This document shows positions 18,307 to 27,836 of a DNA stretch of 64,000 nt, in pieces. This stretch comes from Myxococcota bacterium (GTDB lineage Bacteria > Myxococcota_A > UBA9160 > UBA6930): contig OZ245015.1 in NCBI GenBank assembly GCA_965223705.1, forward strand, positions 2,400,001 through 2,464,000, in the 5' to 3' direction. A program made the position numbers and the translations under genes. The notes under the pieces are model-generated. The model saw nothing but the letters and a program-made list of their open reading frames with translations. It did no database searches and had not been told where the DNA came from. Each line of letters opens with the position of its first letter. The first letter of the stretch is position 1.

Positions 18307-18827
18307 TCGCTCTCTGGGCCGAGAGCTCCCTCGTGGCGCAAGAGCCAACGTTTGCGCTCGATTCCGCCGCCGTAGCCCGTGAGATCGCCGCGCGCCCCGA
18401 CGACCCGATGGCAAGGCACAACGATGGCGACGGGGTTCGCACCGTTGGCGGCCCCCACGGCCCGTACCGCTTTTCTGTGCCCGATACGGGCGGCCAGGGC
18501 GCTGTAACTGACGGAGGAGCCGACCGGAATCTCGCGCAGGGCGTCCCAGACGCGCTGTTGAAAGGGTGTGCCGACCGCTGCGACCTCGACCCGGGCGAGC
18601 GCCGCGAAGTCTCCTTCGAAGTACGCCTCGATGGCCTCTCGCGCGCTCGAGGGCGTCGCCACGGGGGCGGGTTCCTCCAGCCCCCAACGCCTCATCCATT
18701 TGTTCAAGCGATTGTTGAAGTCTTCGAATTCGAGCGCCAACAACCGCTCCTCGTCATTGTGAACCGCGACCACCCGGCCGATCGGAGTCTCGATCTTCTC
18801 GATCCAACAGACCTCAGGCTGCCGCAC
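18279..18827 (-). CDS. ogt: Methylated-DNA--protein-cysteine S-methyltransferase
   Basis: GTPFQQRVWDALREIP, RAVGAANGANP and active-site PCHRV. Confidence 0.93.
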   Translation of the reverse strand: MRQPEVCWIEKIETPIGRVVAVHNDEERLLALEFEDFNNRLNKWMRRWGLEEPAPVATPSSAREAIEAYFEGDFAALARVEVAAVGTPFQQRVWDALREIPVGSSVSYSALAARIGHRKAVRAVGAANGANPVAIVVPCHRVVGARGDLTGYGGGIERKRWLLRHEGALGPESDQRAGLSPS

Positions 18828-20292
18828 GTCCCCCCCCTTTGCGCTCGCCGAGATGGGACCAGAGGTGTAGCGCCGCGTAGGCGCGCCAGGGACGCCAGGC
18901 CTCTGCACGCGTTCGCAGCGCCGCCGTTTTCGGCCGCGGGGCCTCGCCGACGCGTAGCGCTTCCTGAAGGCCGATGTCTCCCGCCGGGAAGGCGTCGCGA
19001 TCTCGGAGCGCTCGCATGGCGATGTACTGGGCGGTCCAGTCGCCAACGCCGGGAATTTCGCGAAGCCGTGGGATGACCCGATCAGGGTTTTCTGTTCCCG
19101 AGAGGAGGCCTGGGGCATCGAGGGCTGCCTGGGCTAGGCCAGCGAGTGCCTGGGCGCGCGCCCGCGGAATTCCGATGACCCGAAGATCCACGCCGGTGAG
19201 ACGCTCCGGAGAGGGAAAACGATGCGTCAGCCCCCCTCCTGCGTCCCGCTGCCGCGTGCCAAAGCGCGCCACAAGTCGACCCGATAGCGTCGTCGCGCCG
19301 GCGACGGTGACTTGCTGGCCCAGCAACGCACGAACGGCGAGCTCGAACCCCTCCCACGCGCCGGGGACCCGCAGTCCCGGACGCCGCTCGACGAGCGGAG
19401 CCAGTGCCGGATCTCGAGCGAGGTCACGGGAGATAGCCTCGGGATCGGCCCGGAGATCGAAGAGATCGCGAACACGCTCGACGATCTCATGGAGTGCGGC
19501 CACCTCCGGGAAGTGCACGTCGAGGAGAAGACCCTGACGGTTCTCGGCGTGACGTACGCAGATTTCTCCGACCGAACGATCGAGCGCGATGGTTCGGCGA
19601 TACGACTCGCTCGCTTCAACGCACTCGACACCGGGAATGGCGCGCTTGGCCAGGAACTCGAGCACGCCGTACCAATCGTAAGGTGGGACATAGGGGAGAA
19701 AAATCGACACGCCGAGCGCCGCTTTCGCGCGGCCCGCCATTCCTCGGCGAAGCTCTCGCGGGGTGCGGCCATAGAGATCACGCATCGCCGAGTTGAACCG
19801 GCGCACGCTCCCATAGCCCGCCGCGGATGCGACTTCGACCAGGGGCAACGCGGTCTCGGTGACCAACTGCTTGGCGAAGAGCGCCCGGCGAGTCGCAGCG
19901 ACCGTGTGCGGCGATGCCCCGAGGTGCTTCCGAAACAAGCGGCGCAGTTGCCGCTCGCCGACGCCGACCCGTTCGGACAACGCCGGCACATCCCCGTGAT
20001 CGAGCGCTCCGATCGCGATGAGCTTGAGCGCCCGGGAAACGGTTCGCGCCGTGCCCACCCAACCTGCGAGCTCTGGTGAGCGCTCGGGGCGGCAGCGAAG
20101 ACAGGGGCGGAAACCCGCGCCCTGCGCGGCCGCCGCACTCGGGACGAACACCACGTGTTCTGCCTTCGGCGTGCGGGCCGGGCAGATTGGACGGCAGTAG
20201 ATTCCGGTTGTTGTAACGCAGGCGAAGAAACGACCGTCAAAGCGCGGATCCCGGCTTTGCAGCACGCGGTAGCAAGCGGCGGCGTCGAGCAT
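18814..20292 (-). CDS. alkA: AdaA-AlkA fusion: Zn-binding methylphosphotriester domain, AraC HTH and DNA-3-methyladenine glycosylase II
   Basis: RDPRFDGRFF..TTGIYCRPIC, FRPCLRCRP, RALLGQQVTV, HhH IPGVGDWTA, WRPWRAYA. Confidence 0.93.
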   Translation of the reverse strand: MLDAAACYRVLQSRDPRFDGRFFACVTTTGIYCRPICPARTPKAEHVVFVPSAAAAQGAGFRPCLRCRPERSPELAGWVGTARTVSRALKLIAIGALDHGDVPALSERVGVGERQLRRLFRKHLGASPHTVAATRRALFAKQLVTETALPLVEVASAAGYGSVRRFNSAMRDLYGRTPRELRRGMAGRAKAALGVSIFLPYVPPYDWYGVLEFLAKRAIPGVECVEASESYRRTIALDRSVGEICVRHAENRQGLLLDVHFPEVAALHEIVERVRDLFDLRADPEAISRDLARDPALAPLVERRPGLRVPGAWEGFELAVRALLGQQVTVAGATTLSGRLVARFGTRQRDAGGGLTHRFPSPERLTGVDLRVIGIPRARAQALAGLAQAALDAPGLLSGTENPDRVIPRLREIPGVGDWTAQYIAMRALRDRDAFPAGDIGLQEALRVGEAPRPKTAALRTRAEAWRPWRAYAALHLWSHLGERKGGGRAAA

Positions 20293-20402
20293 CAACCGAA
20301 ATATGTCAGATAGCGGCAATCCCGTCTGGCCGTTTTCGGACCCCGTGAACGGAGCGTCTCGGGCAGTGGTACGCTTTCGGGAACCTCCCGAGGAGAGTTC
20401 TA

Positions 20403-20852
20403 ATGAATGATGAGACGCGACGCCTCGTTGACGAAGCCGCCATCCGAGGCGTGATCGATCGCTACTGCCACGCGGTAGATCGCGGGACCGCAGAAGAGGT
20501 CGCCACCCTCTTCCATCCGGAAGGCACGCTCGTCGCGACCTGGGAGGACGATGGCCTCTACAAGGGACGGGCCGCCGTCCACGGCTGGTACGACAACTAC
20601 ATGAAGAATTTTCGCTCCCAGCTCTCTCATCTCCGACACAAGATTTCAAACGTCCTGATCGACCTCGAAGGCGATGAGGCACGCGCCGTGTCGTACCTCG
20701 ACGCCGACGCCATTGTTGCGGGCGAGACCGAGCCCGAGACGTGCATCGGGCGCTACGACGACCGATTCATTCGCGACGGCGGTACGTGGACGTTCAAAGA
20801 GCGTGCAATCGTGATCTACCACGCCACGCCCGGAATCAGCGACCGGCTGTAG
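20403..20852 (+). CDS. SnoaL/NTF2-like fold protein
   Basis: DEAAIRGVIDRYCHAVD, RHKISNVLI, GRYDDRFIRDGGTWTF; GAGGAG SD. Confidence 0.88.
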   Translation: MNDETRRLVDEAAIRGVIDRYCHAVDRGTAEEVATLFHPEGTLVATWEDDGLYKGRAAVHGWYDNYMKNFRSQLSHLRHKISNVLIDLEGDEARAVSYLDADAIVAGETEPETCIGRYDDRFIRDGGTWTFKERAIVIYHATPGISDRL

Positions 20853-21318
20853 GCTCCTCGCGTCGAACGCCGGTCTCGGTTCGGATGAGGCCCGGGTCGC
20901 GGCGAACCAATGCGTCGAAGAACGCCGGCTTGTCGTGCACGGCGATGAAGATCCGTCCGTCGGGTCCGTAGTCGATGCGCAGGCGGTCGAACGAAGCGGC
21001 GTGAGACGAACGCGGATCGCGACTCGGCTCGACGGAGCGAATCGCCGCGATGGACGTGATCCTGCCGGCGAAGGGCCATCCTCCCTGCGCATCGAGGTAG
21101 CCGTCGCCGGTCAAGACGTACCGGACCGATGAAACATGCGAAGGAACGGCCACGAAGAGCACACCCAGAAAGCCGAGGAGGATCGCGCCGAGGGGGCCCC
21201 GCTTGAGGACGCTGCCCGTGGTCCGCTTCCAGGCGAAGGGCGCCCCGAAAAGCATGGCGAGCCCTGCCCCGTAGAAGACGAGCGAAAACCACAAGTCGAC
21301 TTTCGCGGGGAAGACCAT
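20836..21318 (-). CDS. Membrane protein with bacterial PH-like domain
   Basis: MVFPAKVDLW start, two TM segments, SSHAASFDRLRIDYG. Confidence 0.7.
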   Translation of the reverse strand: MVFPAKVDLWFSLVFYGAGLAMLFGAPFAWKRTTGSVLKRGPLGAILLGFLGVLFVAVPSHVSSVRYVLTGDGYLDAQGGWPFAGRITSIAAIRSVEPSRDPRSSHAASFDRLRIDYGPDGRIFIAVHDKPAFFDALVRRDPGLIRTETGVRREEPTAGR

Positions 21319-21343
21319 CCGGGCCGACTTCTTGTGCCGTCAG

Positions 21344-22147
21344 CTACGCGAGAAAGTCGAGTACTGCGGGCGTTGCCGTCTCGGGGGCTTCCAGTGTCGG
21401 GCAGTGGCCGGTGTCGGGGATCATGAGCACCTGGCTCTCGGGCAAGTACTTCGCGAACTCCTTCGCGTAGACCGACGAGATCAGGCTGTCCTTCTCGCCC
21501 CACACGACGAGTGATGGCGCCGTGACCCGGTGGATTCTCTTCGCGAGTCCCTTGTCGGGAATCGGCCAGATGACCTTGCTCGTGCAGGCCAGCGTCCAGA
21601 CCAGGGAGATCTCGGCATCCGCTTTCCCCGCCGGATCGTCGGGCATCGCGAGGTATTTCACGACTTCGGGGGCGTCGAGCTTGTGGAAGAGCACTTTCGG
21701 GAGATCTTCCGCCGGGACCGCCGTGTACGTGGCGCAGGAATAAGGCGCCTCCTCGAGCCACAGGCCGATCGGCGTGATGACGACCAGCTTCTTGACCGCC
21801 TCACGACGCTGCGCGGCCAGCTCGCACGCGAGCATGCCACCGAACGAATGGCCCACCAGGTGGATCGGGCCCAGGTCGAGCTCGTTCAATAAATCGTCGT
21901 AGGCGAGCACGGCGTCCCAGAGGTCGTCGATGCGTTCGATCGCCTGGGGGTCCGACGCATGGGTTCCGGGAAAATACGGCGCGTAGACCGTGTAGTTCTC
22001 GGCGAGCGATCCCATGAAGGAATCCCATTTGAGGCCTCCCGCGCTGTGCAGGTAGAGGAGCGGCGGGCCGCTGCCCGCGACCTCGACCCGGATCGTGAGG
22101 TCGCCTCCGAGAACGTCGACGTTGCGCGTTGTGGGGGTGGTCATCAT
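21344..22147 (-). CDS. Alpha/beta fold hydrolase
   Basis: GPPLLYLH, nucleophile GHSFGG, WGEKD and GH. ATGA overlap with the upstream LLM stop. Confidence 0.92.
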   Translation of the reverse strand: MMTTPTTRNVDVLGGDLTIRVEVAGSGPPLLYLHSAGGLKWDSFMGSLAENYTVYAPYFPGTHASDPQAIERIDDLWDAVLAYDDLLNELDLGPIHLVGHSFGGMLACELAAQRREAVKKLVVITPIGLWLEEAPYSCATYTAVPAEDLPKVLFHKLDAPEVVKYLAMPDDPAGKADAEISLVWTLACTSKVIWPIPDKGLAKRIHRVTAPSLVVWGEKDSLISSVYAKEFAKYLPESQVLMIPDTGHCPTLEAPETATPAVLDFLA

Positions 22148-23373
22148 TCGTCCCCCTCGCTCGGCCGCACGGCGCCCGACGGCCACCAGCGGTTTTCCCA
22201 GCCCTCATCGCGCCACATCGGCCGCAATTTCGGCATCACCTTCTCCCCGAAGAGCCGGATATTTTCTTTCGTCACTTCGTGGTTCATCGAGCCGAACTGC
22301 AGAAGCACCATGAGGTTTCCGATGCGCAGTCGCTGCGAGATTTCGCTCAATTGCTCGAGCACGCTGTCGGGGCTGCCGGTCACGAGGAAGCCCTGATCCT
22401 TGAAGTAGCCGTAGTCGTGCTCGGCGAAGCTCAGGTAGGAGGGAATCGGGCGCTTCTTGATGAACGTGCGGAGGCTCTCGTAGGTCATGTGACCCGGAGG
22501 GGCCGCCATCTCGTCCGGGAGCCGGAGCATCTTCTGATAGAAGTACTCCGCGGCCGGTCCGTAGATTCGGTCGGCCTCCTCGTCAGTTGCGGCCACGCCC
22601 ACAGGCAGCATGAAGCCCAATCGGTACGGGTTCTGGTCCCTGCCCTTCTTCGCGACCGTGTCCCAATAGCCTTCGACGTAGTGCTCGGCGCCGGCGGCCC
22701 CGAAGTAGGTCAGGGCCGCGTAGAGGTAGTCGTTCTCGGCGGTGAAGTCCCAGGTCGACGGACTGGCGACACCGGGAATCCAGATCGGCGGGTGCGGCTG
22801 CTGGACCGGGCGCGGCCACATGTTCACCATGGGTAGCTGATAGTACTTGCCGTTCCAGGCGAAGATCTCTTCTTCGGTCCACGCCTTCTTCATCAGATCG
22901 TGGGCCTCGCGGTAGCGCCCGCGCTGTTCCACCGGCGTTTTTCCGTAGCTGAAAGCGAAGTCGCCGCCGAGGCCGACCGGGAGCCCTGCAACAACGCGGC
23001 CGTTGCTGATGCAGTCGAGCATCGCGTATTCCTCGGCGGCCCGGATCGGCGGATCCATGAAGGGCTGCGTGACCCCGAGTTGCACCAACGCGGTCCCCAA
23101 CTTCTCGGTCATCTTGGCGAGGGCGGTGCCCATCATGTTCGGGTTCACCATGAAGCCGTAGCAGTTCTGGTGGTGCTCGTTGACGCAGACACCGTCGAAA
23201 CCGACCTCTGCGGCGTAGGCGAGCTCGTCGAGGGTCCAGTTGTAGTACTGCACCACCTTCTGCGGATCGGCGAAGTCGGCCCACTTGATGTCGAACCACG
23301 CGGAGCGGTAGCGCTTCTCGAAATCGTCGGGCACGTCGCGGTAGGGCATGAGGTGAAACATCGAGATCTTCAT
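22144..23373 (-). CDS. LLM class flavin-dependent monooxygenase (long type)
   Basis: GFDGVCVNEHHQ, AEEYAMLDCISNGR, PRPVQQPHPPIWIPG; AGGAGG SD. Confidence 0.92.
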   Translation of the reverse strand: MKISMFHLMPYRDVPDDFEKRYRSAWFDIKWADFADPQKVVQYYNWTLDELAYAAEVGFDGVCVNEHHQNCYGFMVNPNMMGTALAKMTEKLGTALVQLGVTQPFMDPPIRAAEEYAMLDCISNGRVVAGLPVGLGGDFAFSYGKTPVEQRGRYREAHDLMKKAWTEEEIFAWNGKYYQLPMVNMWPRPVQQPHPPIWIPGVASPSTWDFTAENDYLYAALTYFGAAGAEHYVEGYWDTVAKKGRDQNPYRLGFMLPVGVAATDEEADRIYGPAAEYFYQKMLRLPDEMAAPPGHMTYESLRTFIKKRPIPSYLSFAEHDYGYFKDQGFLVTGSPDSVLEQLSEISQRLRIGNLMVLLQFGSMNHEVTKENIRLFGEKVMPKLRPMWRDEGWENRWWPSGAVRPSEGDE

Positions 23374-23473
23374 GAGTCGTTCCTCCTAGACCGGCTGGCG
23401 CGTGAATATAGACGATCGGGAGAGCCCGGTCCCCGAGCGGAGCGTCCGATAGACTCAGGGGATCGGAGGTCCC

Positions 23474-24352
23474 ATGCAGTCGCTGCCCCTCGGCGTCATC
23501 ACCTTTACCGACACCATGACCCGCCAGGCGATGTCCTCGTTCGCTTTGGAACTCGAGGATCTGGGCTACGAGTCACTCTGGATCCCGGAGCTCTTCGGCC
23601 GTGAGCCGATTGCCACCTGCGGCTACCTGCTCGCGCAAACGAGTCGCTTGAAGATCGCGACGGGCATCGCCGTACTCTACGCGCGCGGTGCCTACACCGC
23701 GGGGCAGGCGCGCCACACGCTCGGCGAACTCGGCGGGGGCCGGTTCCTGATGGGCCTCGGCGTGTCGCACCCCGATCTCGTCGCGCCGCGCGACGTCGCG
23801 TGGGAGCCGCCGGTCGAGAAAGCCATCGCATATCTCCAGGCGATGGAGAAAGTCGAACCCCAGAGCCCGGCCCCGGCGGAGCGTGTTCCCACGCTGCTCG
23901 CCGCGCACGGCCCCAAGTTGCTGCGTGTCGCCGCGGAGTACGCCGACGGCGCGCACATGTACCTGGTCACCCCGGAACGGGTACGCCTCGGTCGGGAGAT
24001 CCTCGGCCCCGAGAAGCAGCTGCGGGCCTGCGTGCTCTCCTGTATGTGTGATGACCTCGAACGCGCCCGGGCGACAGCGCGCAAGATGCTCGCCTTTTAC
24101 ATCCGGTTTCCCGCGTACCACCGCCAGTGGCGACAATCGGGATTCGACGAGAGCGACTGGCAGGGCGCCGGAAGTGACCGGCTCGTCGATCACATCTTCG
24201 CGCTCGGATCCCGCGACGCGCTGCTCGAACGCTACGCCGAATACATCGAAGCCGGCGCCAACCAAGTGCTCGTCTCCACGGTCTCACCACGCGAGGACGT
24301 GACGGGGCCCGACCTCGAGGCGCTGCGCGCCTTGGCACCCGGGAAGGCGTAG
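23474..24352 (+). CDS. LLM class F420-dependent oxidoreductase (MSMEG_4141-like)
   Basis: LWIPELFGREP, GRFLMGLGVSH, LAAHGPKLL..ADGAH. Confidence 0.88.
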   Translation: MQSLPLGVITFTDTMTRQAMSSFALELEDLGYESLWIPELFGREPIATCGYLLAQTSRLKIATGIAVLYARGAYTAGQARHTLGELGGGRFLMGLGVSHPDLVAPRDVAWEPPVEKAIAYLQAMEKVEPQSPAPAERVPTLLAAHGPKLLRVAAEYADGAHMYLVTPERVRLGREILGPEKQLRACVLSCMCDDLERARATARKMLAFYIRFPAYHRQWRQSGFDESDWQGAGSDRLVDHIFALGSRDALLERYAEYIEAGANQVLVSTVSPREDVTGPDLEALRALAPGKA

Positions 24353-24362
24353 ACCGACCGCG

Positions 24363-25247
24363 ATGAAATACGGAATCCATCTCGCCGGGGGAGCGGCCAT
24401 CTGCGATCGGCAGGTCTTGCGGGACGTCGCGCAGTGCGCCGAGGACGAAGGTTTCGATGTCATCATGGCGGGCGATCACGCCGTCCTCCCGATGCACATC
24501 GAGTCGCCGTGGCCCTACGAGGAGTGGAACGGCGGAAAACCGTTCTACGACGTGTACACGCAGATTCCCTGGGCGGACATGTTCACGGTGCTGTCTTTCG
24601 CGGCCGCCTACACAGAGACGGTCCGGATCGCCACCGGGGTGATGATCGTCCCCTACCGCAATCCCTTCGACGTCGCGCGCCGCCTGGCCACCTTGGACGT
24701 CTTGTCGGGCGGGAGGCTCGTCGTCGGGTGCGGGGCCGGGTGGATGAAAGAGGAATTCGATCTGCTGGGCGTACCGTTCGAGCGCCGGGGCCGGCGAACC
24801 GACGAGTACGTGGAAGCGATGAAGGCGATGTGGACCCAGGCCGATCCCCGCTACAGCGGGGAGTTCGTGAAGCTCGATGTCCCGACCAATCCACATCCAC
24901 AGCCGCTGCAGAAGCCCCACCCACCGATCTGGATCGGCGGGGAGTCGAAGGCCGCGATGCGTCGCGTCGCGAGGGTCGGCGACGGATGGCACGTGGCGCT
25001 TCTCACCGAGCGCCAGTTCCGGGAGCTCTACGGGGAGCTCGAGCGCCAGATGGAAGCCGCGGGGCGCGATCTCTCGGAGCTAGAGCTCACAACGATGGTG
25101 GAGCCCACGCGCATGGAGCCCTCCACCTTGAAGTTCGCCGCCGACCACGGAGTCAGCACGCTGATCTTGACACCGCTCGCACCCGATCCCGCGGGTTTCG
25201 TACGCGAGATGCGGGAATTCGCCAAGTGGGTGCGTGACGGCGCCTGA
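24363..25247 (+). CDS. LLM class F420-dependent oxidoreductase
   Basis: GDHAVLP, PYRNPFDVARRLATLDVLSGGRL, PLQKPHPPIWIGG. Confidence 0.92.
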   Translation: MKYGIHLAGGAAICDRQVLRDVAQCAEDEGFDVIMAGDHAVLPMHIESPWPYEEWNGGKPFYDVYTQIPWADMFTVLSFAAAYTETVRIATGVMIVPYRNPFDVARRLATLDVLSGGRLVVGCGAGWMKEEFDLLGVPFERRGRRTDEYVEAMKAMWTQADPRYSGEFVKLDVPTNPHPQPLQKPHPPIWIGGESKAAMRRVARVGDGWHVALLTERQFRELYGELERQMEAAGRDLSELELTTMVEPTRMEPSTLKFAADHGVSTLILTPLAPDPAGFVREMREFAKWVRDGA

Positions 25248-25977
25248 CCCGATCCGGCGCGCCGGGCTCCTCGGAGACATCCACGCGGAGGACGAGCTCC
25301 TGGCGCGCGCCCTCGATTGGTTCGACCGCCAGCGTGTCGACGCAATCTTGTGTACAGGAGACATCGCGGATGGCGGGGGCGACCTCGGTCGAGCGTGCGC
25401 TCTCCTGCAACAAGCCGACGTGCGCACCGTCCGCGGCAACCACGACCGCTGGCTCTTGGAAGGCCGCTTGCGAGGCGTCCCGGACGCCCACCACCGTTCC
25501 GACCAGGACGCGGAGACGCTGGCCTTCCTCGGGGCGTTGCCCGCCACGATTGAGATCGAGACCGCGCGCGGGCACCTCATGTTGTGCCACGGCGTCGCTC
25601 GGAACGATATGCGCAAAGTGTGGCCCGGAACGGAGCGACTCGAAGCGAAGCGCAGCCCTGAACTCGATGCGCTGCTCCACGAAGGCCACTACCGGTTCCT
25701 CATCCAGGGCCACTCGCACTACCGTGTCCTCGTCGATTTCCCGCAGTTCCTCGTCATCAACGCCGGGACGCTCGTGCCGAGACACCGGCCGGGCGTTTCG
25801 ATCGTCGACTTCGAAGCGGGGTCTATCGCCTGCTACGAGTTCCAGGACGGTCATCTCGGGCCGCTGGCCATCGAAGAACCCCTCGACCCGGGGCCCAGCC
25901 GACGCGTATGGGCCAACACCGAGGCCTTCGACGGCAACTGGACGGCGGTCGCTCTGTACGGCGAGCCGCTGCCCTAG
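25234..25977 (+). CDS. Metallophosphoesterase (calcineurin-like)
   Basis: GDIH, GD, RGNHD, HG, GHSH and NAG motifs. Confidence 0.9.
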   Translation: MTAPDPIRRAGLLGDIHAEDELLARALDWFDRQRVDAILCTGDIADGGGDLGRACALLQQADVRTVRGNHDRWLLEGRLRGVPDAHHRSDQDAETLAFLGALPATIEIETARGHLMLCHGVARNDMRKVWPGTERLEAKRSPELDALLHEGHYRFLIQGHSHYRVLVDFPQFLVINAGTLVPRHRPGVSIVDFEAGSIACYEFQDGHLGPLAIEEPLDPGPSRRVWANTEAFDGNWTAVALYGEPLP

Positions 25978-26834
25978 CGGAACGGCGCGATCGCGGCGAC
26001 GTACTCGTCGAGGATCGAAAGCGTCTCGTCCCGGGGAAAATCCGCCATCGGCAACAGCACCCGATTGGCCCCCGAACCGAGCATGCTCTCGAGGCGCTTC
26101 GGGTCGACGCCCCGGCGCCGACTCACTTCCGGCAACACCGTGATGTCGAGCTCGTCCATCTTGCGGCCGCGCGCCTCCATCGCGTCGCGAATGGCTGCGA
26201 GATCAGCCTGCATGTCGCCCGCGCCGTCGATCGGCATCCAGCCGTCGCAGTACTCTGCGATCCGCGCCGGCGTCCACTTCGAATAAGCGCCCATCAACAC
26301 CGGCGGGCCGCCCGCCTGAACGGGCTTCGGCCAGCACCAGATGGGATCGAAGTCGACAAAGTCGCCGTGAAATTCCGCTTCGTCTTCGGTCCAGATGGCG
26401 CGCATCGCCAGCACGCGCTCGCGCGTGATCTTCCAGCGGTCCTTGAACACGGTTCCGTGGTTCTCCATCTCTTCGGCGTTCCAACCCGCGCCGATGCCGA
26501 AGAGGACCCGGCCGCCGGACAGACGATCGAGCGATGCGACCCGCTTCGCGGTGCTGATCGGATCGTGTTCCGTGACCAGCGTGATGCCGGTCCCGAGCTT
26601 CAGCCGCTCCGTAACCGCCGCCGCCATCGCCAGCGCCACGAATTGATCGTGGCAGCGCCAATACATGTCGGGCAGCTCACTACCGGCGATGAAGGGCGTC
26701 TTGCGACTGGTAGGAATGTGCGTGTGCTCCGCGACGAAGAGCGACTCGAACCCCCGTTCCTCGAGGGCCCGCGCGAGCTCGTCCGGCGCGATGCCGGTGT
26801 CGGTCGGAAACGTGATCAGTCCAAAATCGAGCAT
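25974..26834 (-). CDS. LLM class F420-dependent oxidoreductase (close paralog of 9921-10781)
   Basis: AEHTHIPTSRKTP, AKRVASLDRLSGGRVLFGIGAGWNAEEM. Confidence 0.92.
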   Translation of the reverse strand: MLDFGLITFPTDTGIAPDELARALEERGFESLFVAEHTHIPTSRKTPFIAGSELPDMYWRCHDQFVALAMAAAVTERLKLGTGITLVTEHDPISTAKRVASLDRLSGGRVLFGIGAGWNAEEMENHGTVFKDRWKITRERVLAMRAIWTEDEAEFHGDFVDFDPIWCWPKPVQAGGPPVLMGAYSKWTPARIAEYCDGWMPIDGAGDMQADLAAIRDAMEARGRKMDELDITVLPEVSRRRGVDPKRLESMLGSGANRVLLPMADFPRDETLSILDEYVAAIAPFR

Positions 26835-26837
26835 GAC

Positions 26838-27356
26838 TTACCTCGGCGCCTGGGCGTTCATGATCCAGTGGATGACATCGCTCGAGTCGCGGGCGCCCCA
26901 AACGGCCCCTTCGCCGCGACCTCGCGCGCCCGTAACGGGATCGACGCGCCGCCACTCGGTCGATACGACTCGGTGGCCGATCTTCCACACGCCGTCGCGT
27001 TTCTCGAAACGGTCGACGTAGCGGATGCCCATCACGTCGTCCTTGCCATTGCCCGCTTCGTCTTCTCTGCGGTGGTACGCGACAGCGTAGGTCTCGGCGC
27101 GCGCGCGATCGCCGTCGACCTCGATCAACATGTTGCCCATGAAATGCTGCGTGGCCGTCCAACGCGGCAGCCAACCCTCGGCCGCGGTGATGAACGCATC
27201 GACGTCGCCCTTGAACGCGCCGTGGTCGTCGTACGCATCCGGGTGGTAGCAGGAACGCACGAGGTCGAAGTCGAGACGGTCGATGCCTCGCGCGTATCGA
27301 AAGATGACGTCCGCGATCTCCTGCCGCGCGAGAAGGTCTTCGACAGACAAGCTCAT
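26838..27356 (-). CDS. SnoaL/NTF2-like fold protein
   Basis: RYARGIDRLD, YHPDAYDDHG, GIRYVDRFEKRDGVWKI. Confidence 0.9.
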   Translation of the reverse strand: MSLSVEDLLARQEIADVIFRYARGIDRLDFDLVRSCYHPDAYDDHGAFKGDVDAFITAAEGWLPRWTATQHFMGNMLIEVDGDRARAETYAVAYHRREDEAGNGKDDVMGIRYVDRFEKRDGVWKIGHRVVSTEWRRVDPVTGARGRGEGAVWGARDSSDVIHWIMNAQAPR

Positions 27357-27366
27357 GATGTACGCC

Positions 27367-27741
27367 TCAAATGCTGAGCCCCGTGCCTTCGCGGAACTGG
27401 TTCATGCAGAAATAGTCCCTCCACTCGGTGATCTTGCCGTCTTTCACGACGAAGGCACCGGCGACGGGAAGACCGAACTTCTTTCCCTCCGGCGGGTCGA
27501 AGGTGTCGATCCGTTCGTTCATGACGAAATCGCCCGAAGCGGTCTGCTTGAGCGTCTCGATGTGCACGGGACCCGTCGTTTGGAAGAAACCGTTCAGTAC
27601 TTCCTTCACAGCGGCCGGGCCCGTGACGGGTGGGAACGGCATGTTTTGGTAAACGCAATCGTCCGCGAGGTATTGCAGCGACTCATCGATACTCTTGTTG
27701 AGCGATTCACAGAACGCAGTGACGATTTCGTCGGGGGACAT
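27367..27741 (-). CDS. Limonene-1,2-epoxide hydrolase family protein
   Basis: YQNMP, NERID and WRDYF carry the LEH Tyr/Asn and Arg-Asp-Asp residues. Confidence 0.9.
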   Translation of the reverse strand: MSPDEIVTAFCESLNKSIDESLQYLADDCVYQNMPFPPVTGPAAVKEVLNGFFQTTGPVHIETLKQTASGDFVMNERIDTFDPPEGKKFGLPVAGAFVVKDGKITEWRDYFCMNQFREGTGLSI

Positions 27742-27836
27742 CGGTTGCCTCCATCCTGATGGATTTCAGTGGGGCCCTATTGTACGTTGCGGATGCCCCG
27801 GAGGAAAAGAACGGAACACTCAACGAGGAGACCGCC

